Below, in pieces: positions 1-7,902 of a DNA stretch of 30,771 bases (position 1 is its first letter; each line of letters starts with the position of its first letter). This DNA comes from a virus (Duplodnaviria > Heunggongvirae > Uroviricota > Caudoviricetes): the IMG/VR virus record IMGVR_UViG_3300004481_001615. One strand, written 5' to 3'. The position numbers and the translations under genes were made by a program. The notes under the pieces are model-generated. The model worked only from the letters and a program-made list of their open reading frames with translations, ran no database searches and was not told the DNA's origin.

Positions 1-37
1 CCACATACTCCCTCATATCAGCATTAATGTTCGTCGA

Positions 38-52
38 TATATAAATGTTATA
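38..52 (-). promoter_or_regulatory. Conserved promoter module copy (drives a gene leaving the left edge; ATG at 17)
   Basis: Sense TATAACA-TTTATATA; ataaatgtta (41-50) forms an inverted repeat with taacatttat (59-68). Confidence 0.6.
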
Positions 53-56
53 GATT

Positions 57-71
57 AATAACATTTATAAA
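57..71 (+). promoter_or_regulatory. Conserved promoter module copy
   Basis: AATAACA-TTTATAAA; ATG at 95 lies 24 nt after the TATA box (leaderless spacing). Confidence 0.8.
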
Positions 72-94
72 TAACCAAAGTGATGATTTGATTA

Positions 95-448
95 ATGTCT
101 AGTATGAAAGATGTATATGACTTTCTTACCCAGTCAAAGGTCACAACCCAAGTCGGGGACAAACTCACATACTCTCAGGAGTTTCACTCGACCGCTAAAG
201 ACATGATACAGAAACCACCAAAAGGATTCGATACAATAAGACTGGCAAGACGTGTTGACCAGTATGTTGCACCCGCATTAATGCAGTATGCTTTTAATAT
301 AAAGAGTAGAGAGGATATCAAAACATTAGTTGTGGCATATAGTATGCTCGAGAGGCACTTCAAAATACATAGCATTAAAGACAAAATCACACCGGAAATG
401 ATTTTTGTTGTGTTCCAGTTAAATAGCGGAGACATTGCAATCGAGTGA
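95..448 (+). CDS. Hypothetical protein (117 aa)
   Basis: ORF with the promoter module at leaderless distance; no family recognised. Confidence 0.8.
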   Translation: MSSMKDVYDFLTQSKVTTQVGDKLTYSQEFHSTAKDMIQKPPKGFDTIRLARRVDQYVAPALMQYAFNIKSREDIKTLVVAYSMLERHFKIHSIKDKITPEMIFVVFQLNSGDIAIE

Positions 449-478
449 GAGAGAATTTCTTTATTATCCTCATTCCTC

Positions 479-492
479 AAAACATTTATAAA
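479..492 (+). promoter_or_regulatory. Conserved promoter module copy
   Basis: AAAACA-TTTATAAA, 33 nt before the TTG at 525. Confidence 0.7.
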
Positions 493-524
493 CGCTTGAC
501 AACATAATTGTTATTAGATTCGTT

Positions 525-935
525 TTGAGTGACTGGCAGGAAGAAACCGAAGAGGAAGAAGAATCTATCATTACGAGGATAGGTAAGCGTTTTTTCAGTC
601 CAAAAAAGCCAAAAAAGAAACAGCAAAAAACGGAATGGGAAGAGCCAGAAGAAAAAGTTGAAACTACAGAGAAAGAAGATGTGTGGGAAGCGGAAGAAAA
701 ACCATTAAGAAGAGCAAAGGTAAAAAAGTTTAAGCCAGACTTAAATAGGTCAACGATAGGACCGATGTGGTTAAAAAGAGTTGTGGCTCTTTTGCTGTTG
801 TTATTATTTGTATATTTGGCTTTTATGGTTATGAGAGTCCAACCAATATCTGCTGGTGTTTACTTGGTATTAGTGTTTATATTGATGGACTACTTGTCAA
901 TCACGAGAGGCGGGCAATCTGATTGGGATGAATAA
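525..935 (+). CDS. Membrane protein with a charged Glu/Lys-rich N-terminus and two C-terminal TM helices
   Basis: Hydrophobic segments VVALLLLLLFVYLAFMVM and AGVYLVLVFILMDYL; first gene of the ATPase operon. Confidence 0.8.
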   Translation: MSDWQEETEEEEESIITRIGKRFFSPKKPKKKQQKTEWEEPEEKVETTEKEDVWEAEEKPLRRAKVKKFKPDLNRSTIGPMWLKRVVALLLLLLFVYLAFMVMRVQPISAGVYLVLVFILMDYLSITRGGQSDWDE

Positions 936-938
936 AAA

Positions 939-1652
939 ATGTTAGAGTTCTTGTTTGGAAACCAAATGATTATTTTCGCAACAGTTGTTGTTGCACTTGT
1001 TCTAGGAGGGGCTTATTATATGCTAGTTATGAAGAAACCCAAAATATCGGGCAGAAGAAAAATACTTTTATTGATAAGACCCGGAGACCGTCGAGGTATG
1101 GAAATACCGATAGTGAAGGAGACAGCTTCTTGGCTCTACTGTAAAACCGTAGAGGATGTACCTCGGAGGTTCATGAAAGTAGGACCAGGATATGTTTTTC
1201 CTGACAACATTATCAGGTTCTTGGCGATTGAGGGCGTTGGTTACACTGCTGATGCTAAAATAAATGAGGGAGATAATGTACAGACAACAACAATTGATAA
1301 GGCCCTGCGTGCACTCTGGGAGGACAAGCGGTACGAGGGAATGCCCAAAGATTTACGTAAAATGGTAGAGGATTCTAAGTGGGGTTTTAGTGTAGAAGTC
1401 GAAGCAATTGAAAGCACGGAGTTACAGAAAATAAAATCAGAAGAAGCTAATAGAGAAAAAGACGATGAGAATGTTCTGAGAGTACTAGCGGATGCGGCGG
1501 ACGAGGCCAATAAAAAGAAGAGTTGGGACATGAACTCAATGCTTATTGGTGGAAGTGTAGGTGCTTTAGTCACATACTTAGCAGTAAATCAGGGATGGAT
1601 TAGAGTTGCACATGTTGTTGCTGTTGCAATGTTGAAAGGAGGATTAGTGTAG
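939..1652 (+). CDS. Membrane protein (N-terminal TM, C-terminal hydrophobic segment)
   Basis: MIIFATVVVALVLGGAYYMLV and MLIGGSVGALVTYLAV; tightly packed in the operon. Confidence 0.8.
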   Translation: MLEFLFGNQMIIFATVVVALVLGGAYYMLVMKKPKISGRRKILLLIRPGDRRGMEIPIVKETASWLYCKTVEDVPRRFMKVGPGYVFPDNIIRFLAIEGVGYTADAKINEGDNVQTTTIDKALRALWEDKRYEGMPKDLRKMVEDSKWGFSVEVEAIESTELQKIKSEEANREKDDENVLRVLADAADEANKKKSWDMNSMLIGGSVGALVTYLAVNQGWIRVAHVVAVAMLKGGLV

Positions 1653-1653
1653 A

Positions 1654-2028
1654 ATGTCAGAAGATAGAGAAAGTCTAGCTCCACAATTAGGAACAGACCC
1701 CGTAGATATCAGTGAAGGAAGGGTCGATATGAGAAGACTCGCTATCATTGATAGAAGGAAGGTTTCTGCTGTAATGTACGCCGCTATCCGTGCACGAACA
1801 AGCCCGACATGGAAGGCTGTCTTAGACTGGTATCTGAACACAACACCTGCAATAGGTGGAAGAGGAAGGAGAGATATCATCAGGATGGAACAGGTCAGTC
1901 GTGGTGGGTCTGTTGACTTGAAGGATGAAATCGATTCTGCAAAACCCGATAGTTGGTTAGAAAGGAATCTCACCAGGCGAAACTGGAAAGAAGAAGAAAT
2001 GGCACGGATTATGAGTAAGGAGGAGTAG
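1654..2028 (+). CDS. Hypothetical protein (124 aa)
   Basis: ATG 1 nt after the upstream stop; no family recognised. Confidence 0.8.
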   Translation: MSEDRESLAPQLGTDPVDISEGRVDMRRLAIIDRRKVSAVMYAAIRARTSPTWKAVLDWYLNTTPAIGGRGRRDIIRMEQVSRGGSVDLKDEIDSAKPDSWLERNLTRRNWKEEEMARIMSKEE

Positions 2029-2033
2029 GAACC

Positions 2034-2768
2034 CTGTCAGAATCAGATGTTCCAGTAGATGCCCAGTTTACACAGAAAATTAATATCGAGTATTTGATAT
2101 TGAAACAGATTGATAGATGCAATACAGCATCTCTCGAAGGTGATGAGGCTAGATTTAGTTATGCAGTAGAATCTCTGTTATCAATGTTACCTAAAGAACA
2201 CAGAGTAAAACTAGAGGCAGAACAGGCGAAAGAAGTATACACATCAAAAAGTGAGGATTATATCTATGCTTACTCGTGCGGAAAGCCTATGGGTTCACCA
2301 GAAAACCCGATATATCGAAATAAACCAACTGACTGGAATTATGATGGAGGAGAACCAATATTAGTTTCTCCTAGGTTGGAAGAGTCAGAAAATATAGATT
2401 ATCAGATACTTTATAGGATGATATTAGCAGAGTTGCAAGATGTTGGTGCAACATGGAAAGTAGAACCCAGAGATAATATAGGAAGAAGAATCAAGCCTGT
2501 CCCAACTCCATTAATAAAACTAAAAGATGGTAAAATGGTGAGAATTCTCATACAGAAAGGCATGGATGCACTCGAGGAAGTAGGAGGAGTGATTGAGGAT
2601 TCACAACCAGTAATAACTCCCTCTGAACCGGATGATGGAGGACCAACAGAAGAGGACTTCGAAGACGATGAAGATGACCAGGACCTAGATAAAGATGATT
2701 TAGAAGCTATGTTCCCAGAAGATAAAGAGGACGAGAAAGAAAATGACGGTACTGGAACCGATAAGTGA
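2034..2768 (+). CDS. Hypothetical protein with acidic C-terminal tail; probable CTG start (track start 2094)
   Basis: Frame is open back to 2019; AAGGAGGAG SD precedes the CTG at 2034, giving MSESDVPVDAQFTQKINIEYLILKQ...; D/E-rich tail. Confidence 0.75.
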   Translation: MSESDVPVDAQFTQKINIEYLILKQIDRCNTASLEGDEARFSYAVESLLSMLPKEHRVKLEAEQAKEVYTSKSEDYIYAYSCGKPMGSPENPIYRNKPTDWNYDGGEPILVSPRLEESENIDYQILYRMILAELQDVGATWKVEPRDNIGRRIKPVPTPLIKLKDGKMVRILIQKGMDALEEVGGVIEDSQPVITPSEPDDGGPTEEDFEDDEDDQDLDKDDLEAMFPEDKEDEKENDGTGTDK

Positions 2769-3783
2769 GTATCAGTTTATACCACCACCACCAGGATATA
2801 AGGGTACAAATAGATGGATAAATTGGCATGGTTTTGGCGTGGAGGTAGGTAGTGGTTACGGTCCTCATTTACTCAATGAGATACAGAGTAAGAAAGAGAA
2901 TATTGAAGCATGTATCATTGTTGTAACTGGTACAGGTGGTAAGGGTAAGACATATTTCTGTCTGAGACTAGCGGAGATATTTGATAGACGATTTGATGTA
3001 AGTATTCAGGTACCATTCGGTCCAGATGATTTTATGAAGTTAATCGGACCCGATTCATCACTGGGAATGGGTAGGGTTATTATTGTTGATGAGTCACAGT
3101 TCTCAATATCGAATCGTGATTGGTATGCTGACATACAAAAAGATTTGATGAAGCAGATTGAAGCTATTAGGTCGAAGGGATATATAATTTTCGTTGTTGC
3201 TCTCTCAGAATCGGTGCTTGATATCATTGCTAGAAACTACGTTACAACCCATAAAATACACTTGACAAAACGAGCACATGGTAGGGCTTATCAATATATC
3301 ATGGGCCCGTTCAGTAAAGCTCCGTTCCCCAAAACAATTACAAAAGATGCACAGATGGAACTACCGGGAGCAGAATATTGCGATTATCCTACCTGCCTGA
3401 AATGTAACTACTCTGGATTAAAGAAACGGTTCTGGGTTAGACGCAAGAATTGGGAGAAGCTTGGATATGTTATATGCCAAACAATCAGAGCAAAATATGA
3501 ACGGCACAAGAAGGAGTTCTTAGAACGGGTCGCAAAGGAATCAACCGAGAAGAGAGAAGGAAAAGTTGGAGCGAAAGCACTCAAGTTAACGGACCTGATT
3601 GAACTAGGAAGCAAGAATCCAAAGAAGTTACGGAAGTCTGCAAAGAATCGCATACAGCCTTTCAGTATGGTTGCGCTAGTAAGAGAAATTCTAGACTTGG
3701 AGGTATCTGAGAACTTGGCTGTCCGTGCATGTAGAGAGCTAGATTTAAGACCCGAGCTAGTTGAAAAGGTGCCTATAATATAG
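2743..3783 (+). CDS. P-loop ATPase, Zot/pI- or A32-like (FtsK-HerA superfamily); putative virion assembly or genome-extrusion ATPase
   Basis: Walker A GTGGKGKT (2929-2952), Walker B VIIVDES, and IRSKGYIIFVVAL...LDIIAR matching the R-x-x-G-hhhhh...D-x-x-x-R pattern; CxxxxCxxC cluster in the C-terminal half. Confidence 0.8.
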   Translation: MTVLEPISEYQFIPPPPGYKGTNRWINWHGFGVEVGSGYGPHLLNEIQSKKENIEACIIVVTGTGGKGKTYFCLRLAEIFDRRFDVSIQVPFGPDDFMKLIGPDSSLGMGRVIIVDESQFSISNRDWYADIQKDLMKQIEAIRSKGYIIFVVALSESVLDIIARNYVTTHKIHLTKRAHGRAYQYIMGPFSKAPFPKTITKDAQMELPGAEYCDYPTCLKCNYSGLKKRFWVRRKNWEKLGYVICQTIRAKYERHKKEFLERVAKESTEKREGKVGAKALKLTDLIELGSKNPKKLRKSAKNRIQPFSMVALVREILDLEVSENLAVRACRELDLRPELVEKVPII

Positions 3784-3943
3784 TATTTACCGGTTAGCTC
3801 CCACATTTCTTACATTCTATCTCTCATAACTCGGGATTTAGCACCGGAGGCCCGTTTTTCGCCACTCGGTGAGAGAGATAGGTACCTATTCTAATATAGA
3901 TATAGGGCCCATATTGTTCACGTTTTCTTCGGCCTCATGGTCG

Positions 3944-3958
3944 CATAACATATATATA
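3944..3958 (+). promoter_or_regulatory. Conserved promoter module copy (recombinase promoter)
   Basis: CATAACA-TATATATA; ATG at 3983 lies 25 nt downstream. Confidence 0.65.
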
Positions 3959-3982
3959 TAATCGTACATGATACTATTATAT

Positions 3983-4636
3983 ATGACAGGTAAAAATCAT
4001 AGGTCAATAGAGTTTAACGCGCCCCGAAGGTTCTTAGGTAATGAGGCTATCTTAAATTATTGGAGAATGGCTAAGACTCTAGACGAAGAATCTGGGGAGA
4101 ACCAGTGCGAGTTATACTTCGTGATATTGTGGGAAACGGGTGCTAGGATTGGGGAGGTCTTGAACCTAGAACCTAACCAAATTACGTGGAACAATGAGGC
4201 TATCCTAATTGATAGAATGATGGTGTTAAAAAGAAGGAAGCGTTTTGTACGTGATGTGCTCATAAAACGAGACGATAAAGACCCGCTCGCCGAGGTGTTT
4301 GTCAATTATGTTAAGGAGTGCAATACCTCATACCTGCTCCCAGCACATAAAAAGTTCACGAAAGACATCATACCGAACAAGCACGTCAGCATGTACCCAA
4401 TATACACGAGGATTGTGAGAGTAGCCGACCCAACATTGAGCAAGAAGAGCATTTGGCCTCACCTGATTAGAGACCAGCGGGCTTTCTTCTTAAAAGAGAT
4501 TAGGGGATTGGATGTGTATGAACTACAGAAATGGTTCGCTTGGGCGAGGATGGAACAGGTTATGCACTATGTAGGTAATCCAGACACAGCAATGCTAGCG
4601 AGTAAGATGGGTATCAAAGAGGTACCCAAACAGTGA
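3983..4636 (+). CDS. Tyrosine recombinase/integrase, catalytic domain only (track start 3968)
   Basis: ETGARIGE (R), VLKRR (K), PHLIR (HxxR), FAWAR (W in place of the second His), MHYV (Y); no room for an N-terminal core-binding domain. Confidence 0.85.
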   Translation: MTGKNHRSIEFNAPRRFLGNEAILNYWRMAKTLDEESGENQCELYFVILWETGARIGEVLNLEPNQITWNNEAILIDRMMVLKRRKRFVRDVLIKRDDKDPLAEVFVNYVKECNTSYLLPAHKKFTKDIIPNKHVSMYPIYTRIVRVADPTLSKKSIWPHLIRDQRAFFLKEIRGLDVYELQKWFAWARMEQVMHYVGNPDTAMLASKMGIKEVPKQ

Positions 4637-4757
4637 CTACCTCAACAACAAAACCAACACCAAATAACCACTGTATGATAAGCATTAAGAAAACAGCTAT
4701 GATAGTGAAGAGGAGTAGCCCCTTGTCTGATTCCTCCACTTCTCTAACTTCACTCAT
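4614..4757 (-). CDS. Small membrane protein, 47 aa (not in track): MSEVREVEESDKGLLLFTIIAVFLMLIIQWLFGVGFVVEVVTVWVPL
   Basis: Translated by hand; TAATG overlap with the upstream ORF; long hydrophobic stretch; overlaps the recombinase 3' end convergently. Confidence 0.6.
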   Translation of the reverse strand: MSEVREVEESDKGLLLFTIIAVFLMLIIQWLFGVGFVVEVVTVWVPL

Positions 4758-4915
4758 TATTCTTTCTCCTGTCTCAGTTTAGGTTGTAATGAACGTTTCA
4801 AACCAATTCGCCTAAGCCCTTCTCTAAATTCTTCTAACTCTTTTAATCGCTTTTCTAGGTCCGCAATCTTAACTTCTAGTGCTTTAATCTTTAAATCTCT
4901 CGAAGAATTACTCAT
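4757..4915 (-). CDS. Small coiled-coil protein (52 aa, MSNSSRDLKIK...; track start 4963 is probably too long)
   Basis: Heptad pattern LKIKALEVKIADLEKRLKELEE; ATGA overlap with the 4912-5052 ORF. Confidence 0.7.
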   Translation of the reverse strand: MSNSSRDLKIKALEVKIADLEKRLKELEEFREGLRRIGLKRSLQPKLRQEKE

Positions 4916-5052
4916 TTTTCGTTCTGCATCTCCTTTAGGACATCTAGTGGTAAACCAATACATCTAGCGACCCACTCATCGGTCATCAAGTGAGCACCTC
5001 TGGGCAGGTTTTTTACTTTGTACTTTTTTCCTTTCCATTCTATTATTGGCAT
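4912..5052 (-). CDS. Small hypothetical protein, 46 aa (not in track): MPIIEWKGKKYKVKNLPRGAHLMTDEWVARCIGLPLDVLKEMQNEK
   Basis: Translated by hand; AAGGAG SD; fills the gap exactly with an ATGA overlap. Confidence 0.7.
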   Translation of the reverse strand: MPIIEWKGKKYKVKNLPRGAHLMTDEWVARCIGLPLDVLKEMQNEK

Positions 5053-5053
5053 T

Positions 5054-5254
5054 TTATCTAACACTCCTTTCATTTAAAATTGTGAGAATTCTCGCTTTTT
5101 CTCTTTTCAGTTTTCTATTGAACATTGTATCTGTGCTCTGTTTTTTAGTCTCTGATTTTTGGTTATATCTTATGGAATCTAATGTGATTTCTCTTAACCT
5201 AGATTGTAGTTGGTCATTACTCATATTTCGTAAATCAACCATATTTTTATTCAC
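5054..5254 (-). CDS. rpl29: Ribosomal protein uL29 (L29/L35) homolog
   Basis: DLRNMSNDQLQSRLREI...RKLKREKARILTILNER matches the uL29 pattern (ELRxxSxxELxxxLxEL...IRxxRxxIARIxTxLxER) over its full length; GTG start overlapping the upstream TGA (alternative ATG at 5242). Confidence 0.75.
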   Translation of the reverse strand: MNKNMVDLRNMSNDQLQSRLREITLDSIRYNQKSETKKQSTDTMFNRKLKREKARILTILNERSVR

Positions 5255-5850
5255 GTATTACCACCTCCTCTTACAACCTCTGAGATATAATGAACTGGGC
5301 ATTGGTGTTCCCCAGCATGGTTTTCTGTCCCTCCACACTGCGCTCCACACTCGGGGCATTTCCATGCACACTGTATCGGAAGAAACTTTTCCAAACTAAT
5401 AGTATAGGAAAAGTGCTTGTAATCATATTTCTGTCTTGCTTTCTCGTATTCATCTTTGTTATCGGGATACATTTTCTCAAAATCCATGTCTGTCGTGACT
5501 ATAGCTATTGGTGTTCTGTCTCCTCTGACCGCAGTATATCTGCTGTATAAGTACGGTATCCGGTGTCCTTTCCTAGGGGTATCAACACTTATTTTGTTGT
5601 TTCTTCTTAGCTCTTCCTCCTCTGACGGCGTCAGAACCAAAAACCTGCCGATAAACAAGACATCATCAATCTTACGACCGTGTTGGACTAGCGATGGGTC
5701 ATGTGACATAAGGTGCCGTGATGCGGCCCCCTTTGATTGTAGTCGTTGCCACTTTTCTGTGTGGTAACCATATAACTTACCACATATCGGGCATTCCCAC
5801 GACCATCCATTCTCACCAACTTTTATTAATTTTAGTTTTGGTTTCAACAT
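5251..5850 (-). CDS. Zinc-finger protein (N-terminal C2H2, C-terminal Cys/His cluster)
   Basis: CPIC...RHLMSH and CPECGAQC...H...HQCPVH. Confidence 0.8.
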   Translation of the reverse strand: MLKPKLKLIKVGENGWSWECPICGKLYGYHTEKWQRLQSKGAASRHLMSHDPSLVQHGRKIDDVLFIGRFLVLTPSEEEELRRNNKISVDTPRKGHRIPYLYSRYTAVRGDRTPIAIVTTDMDFEKMYPDNKDEYEKARQKYDYKHFSYTISLEKFLPIQCAWKCPECGAQCGGTENHAGEHQCPVHYISEVVRGGGNT

Positions 5851-5857
5851 TTTTTCA

Positions 5858-6079
5858 TCACCAAGTACATTTGACTTCTCCTTTAATCATTTTGGCCATT
5901 ACTTCTTGAGGAATTTTTTGTTCTCTTGTATTGAAAGCAATCTCAAGTGCTTCTTGATACTTATCCCAAGCGGTTGTAATACTTTCTCTATATTCTTTGT
6001 AGGCAGGGTGGTTTTCTTCAATAAACACTCTCCTAGCAATAACAGACTCATCATGTTTCTGATATAATTCATACTTCAT
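5858..6079 (-). CDS. Hypothetical protein (73 aa)
   Basis: ATGA-coupled member of the operon. Confidence 0.75.
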   Translation of the reverse strand: MKYELYQKHDESVIARRVFIEENHPAYKEYRESITTAWDKYQEALEIAFNTREQKIPQEVMAKMIKGEVKCTW

Positions 6080-6089
6080 TTTTCATTCA
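6076..6089 (-). repeat. Gene-junction motif TGAATGAAAAATGA (exact copy)
   Basis: Plus strand tcatttttcattca; contains the stop of 6076-6297 and the ATG of 5858-6079. Confidence 0.85.
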
Positions 6090-6297
6090 ATCCTATTTGT
6101 CTCTTTCTAATGTTGTACTGATTAAACAAAATATTCCTAATTTCCTCAGATAGTGCAACAATACGCAAGTCTTTACCCTCAAATAATCTGAGTTTATCAA
6201 AGTATGTTGGATTTTTTATCAGCATATCTAATATTGCTTTAGCACATTTTTCTGACGCTTCGTTTACTGTCTTAACTTGATATTCTAAAGTCTTCAT
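6076..6297 (-). CDS. Hypothetical protein (73 aa)
   Basis: ATGA-coupled on both sides; ends NEK. Confidence 0.75.
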   Translation of the reverse strand: MKTLEYQVKTVNEASEKCAKAILDMLIKNPTYFDKLRLFEGKDLRIVALSEEIRNILFNQYNIRKRQIGLNEK

Positions 6298-6307
6298 TTT
6301 TCATTCA
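6294..6307 (-). repeat. Gene-junction motif TGAATGAAAAATGA (exact copy)
   Basis: Plus strand tcatttttcattca at the 6294-6797/6076-6297 junction. Confidence 0.85.
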
Positions 6308-6797
6308 CTACCCTAATAGTACTATATCCCCCATTACATTGTGGGCTAACTTTCGTATGATTGTCTGTAATCTTACGTACCACCGACATGACATCTTCGT
6401 GCTCCTCATACTCTACTTTACCAGACATTTTACAAGTTTCGCAGAACCACTTTTGTTCACCTGTTCTTTTAATAGACCCCACAAGTTGGAATGAATTATC
6501 AATCTCTTCCTGTGTTGGTTTGTATCCATATGTGAGTCTTCTAAGACCTTCTGTCTGTCTTTGCTTAGACCACTCTACAAGTTTCTTAAAATCTTTCTTA
6601 CTGGTAACATTGGGTGGTATTCCTGTATTCCACCCACAATCAGAGCAAACCCACCAAGTATAAGAGATAAAAGAGGCTAGGCCTTCTTTTGGTAACCACG
6701 GAGCTATTGGAATGTTTTGAATGAAGTGATTGAATTTTACTCCCTTACATTTTGGGCAACATAACTGTTGTGGTTCTGAACTTACTTCTTTAATCAT
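6294..6797 (-). CDS. Zn-ribbon protein (two metal-binding clusters)
   Basis: CPKC...CSDC and CETC...H...C; ends NEK. Confidence 0.8.
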   Translation of the reverse strand: MIKEVSSEPQQLCCPKCKGVKFNHFIQNIPIAPWLPKEGLASFISYTWWVCSDCGWNTGIPPNVTSKKDFKKLVEWSKQRQTEGLRRLTYGYKPTQEEIDNSFQLVGSIKRTGEQKWFCETCKMSGKVEYEEHEDVMSVVRKITDNHTKVSPQCNGGYSTIRVVNEK

Positions 6798-6799
6798 CT

Positions 6800-7045
6800 T
6801 TATTCGACTCCTTCAAATTTAACATCCCATTGAACACCAACAATAAACGCTATATGTAGTGCCTCGTAGATTGTTAATTCCTTATTCTTGACTGCAAATT
6901 CTAGTACTGTAATGGTATATCTCTGATTTTTATTTTCTAGCTTTTCATGATACCATTTACTGATTTTTTCTGTCTCCATGACTTTAACTGACTCGAATAA
7001 TAGTTCATTCTTCTTATACACTTCTTTAGCCCGTTTTACGTCCAT
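6800..7045 (-). CDS. Hypothetical protein (81 aa)
   Basis: Tightly packed operon member. Confidence 0.75.
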   Translation of the reverse strand: MDVKRAKEVYKKNELLFESVKVMETEKISKWYHEKLENKNQRYTITVLEFAVKNKELTIYEALHIAFIVGVQWDVKFEGVE

Positions 7046-7048
7046 GTT

Positions 7049-7255
7049 CTACACATCCTCCTTTACAACCAAAGAAGATTGTAACTCCCCTATATTTTTT
7101 TCTATTCTTTCTAGTCTATGCATCAAGTGTGAGGTTTTGGTAAACTCCCTATCATACCCATCCAATCCCCTTTTCAGCTTATCAATTTTGCTGTCTAGGT
7201 ATATGAACAGATTTAGTATAGTGAAACCAATTACCACCCATTCCATTAATTCCAT
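7049..7255 (-). CDS. Small protein with N-terminal TM helix and coiled coil
   Basis: WVVIGFTILNLFIYL followed by LDSKIDKLKRGL...LERIEKNIGELQ. Confidence 0.75.
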   Translation of the reverse strand: MELMEWVVIGFTILNLFIYLDSKIDKLKRGLDGYDREFTKTSHLMHRLERIEKNIGELQSSLVVKEDV

Positions 7256-7623
7256 CTTTCCACCACCAACATAAACATAGTATAACCCCTAGTTATTTCT
7301 GTAACCGTCCATTCACCACCCTGCATATAGACACGTGTTCCAATACTCAATGGTACTTTTGACATTGGAGAGAGTATTTTATTGATTCCACCCCACATCT
7401 CTAAATATGCTGTATTATTACTGTAATTTAATACGTATCTTGTATTACCACTATCCCATATCAGGTAACTCCCCGTTATGAACTTTAGGGTTATTGGTCT
7501 CTCTATGCTTGGTTCTTGATTAGCGAAACCAGCACCCAAGAAATCAGTGATGAAGTTCATGGATAAAGTAAAAATAGTACAAATAGCTATAACCACCACA
7601 ATTTTTATTGTCTTTTCATTCAT
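7246..7623 (-). CDS. Membrane-anchored or secreted hypothetical protein
   Basis: N-terminal hydrophobic IVVVIAICTIFTLSM; ATGA coupling. Confidence 0.75.
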   Translation of the reverse strand: MNEKTIKIVVVIAICTIFTLSMNFITDFLGAGFANQEPSIERPITLKFITGSYLIWDSGNTRYVLNYSNNTAYLEMWGGINKILSPMSKVPLSIGTRVYMQGGEWTVTEITRGYTMFMLVVERWN

Positions 7624-7892
7624 TTTTCATCAAGCACCTTCTCGAGTTCATCTCTCCATTGATTTATTTTGTCATAATCGTATTTATATTCGGGTATTAA
7701 TCCTAATCCTTCTGCTGTTCTTGGTATTGGTATCTTCTCGGGGCGTGGAAAATTATTTATGTGGTTTCTCACTTTAGTAAGTTTAGATTCAAGAACCTCA
7801 ACTTCATTAATTACAGCTTCGTCTTTATCATTTAGCCCGAAATCAGGGTCATTAAGCCTCAGAGCTATTCTCTCGCTTAGTTTTTCACTCAT
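7620..7892 (-). CDS. Hypothetical protein (90 aa)
   Basis: GGTGA SD; ends DEK with an ATGA overlap. Confidence 0.75.
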   Translation of the reverse strand: MSEKLSERIALRLNDPDFGLNDKDEAVINEVEVLESKLTKVRNHINNFPRPEKIPIPRTAEGLGLIPEYKYDYDKINQWRDELEKVLDEK

Positions 7893-7902
7893 TTTTCATT
7901 CA
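7889..7902 (-). repeat. Gene-junction motif TGAATGAAAAATGA (exact copy)
   Basis: Plus strand tcatttttcattca; here the TGA stop of 7900-8088 opens the motif and the ATG of 7620-7892 closes it. Confidence 0.85.

Noticed and set aside
525-3783. Head-tail phage packaging module (terminase/portal)
   Set aside because: The ATPase lacks terminase Walker A context and a nuclease domain; neighbours are membrane proteins, not portal or capsid-like.
3938-3965. dif-like site (GGTCGCATAA-CATATA-...)
   Set aside because: Only the left arm resembles a Xer arm. The right arm lacks the inverted TTAT core, and the sequence is explained as the recombinase promoter.
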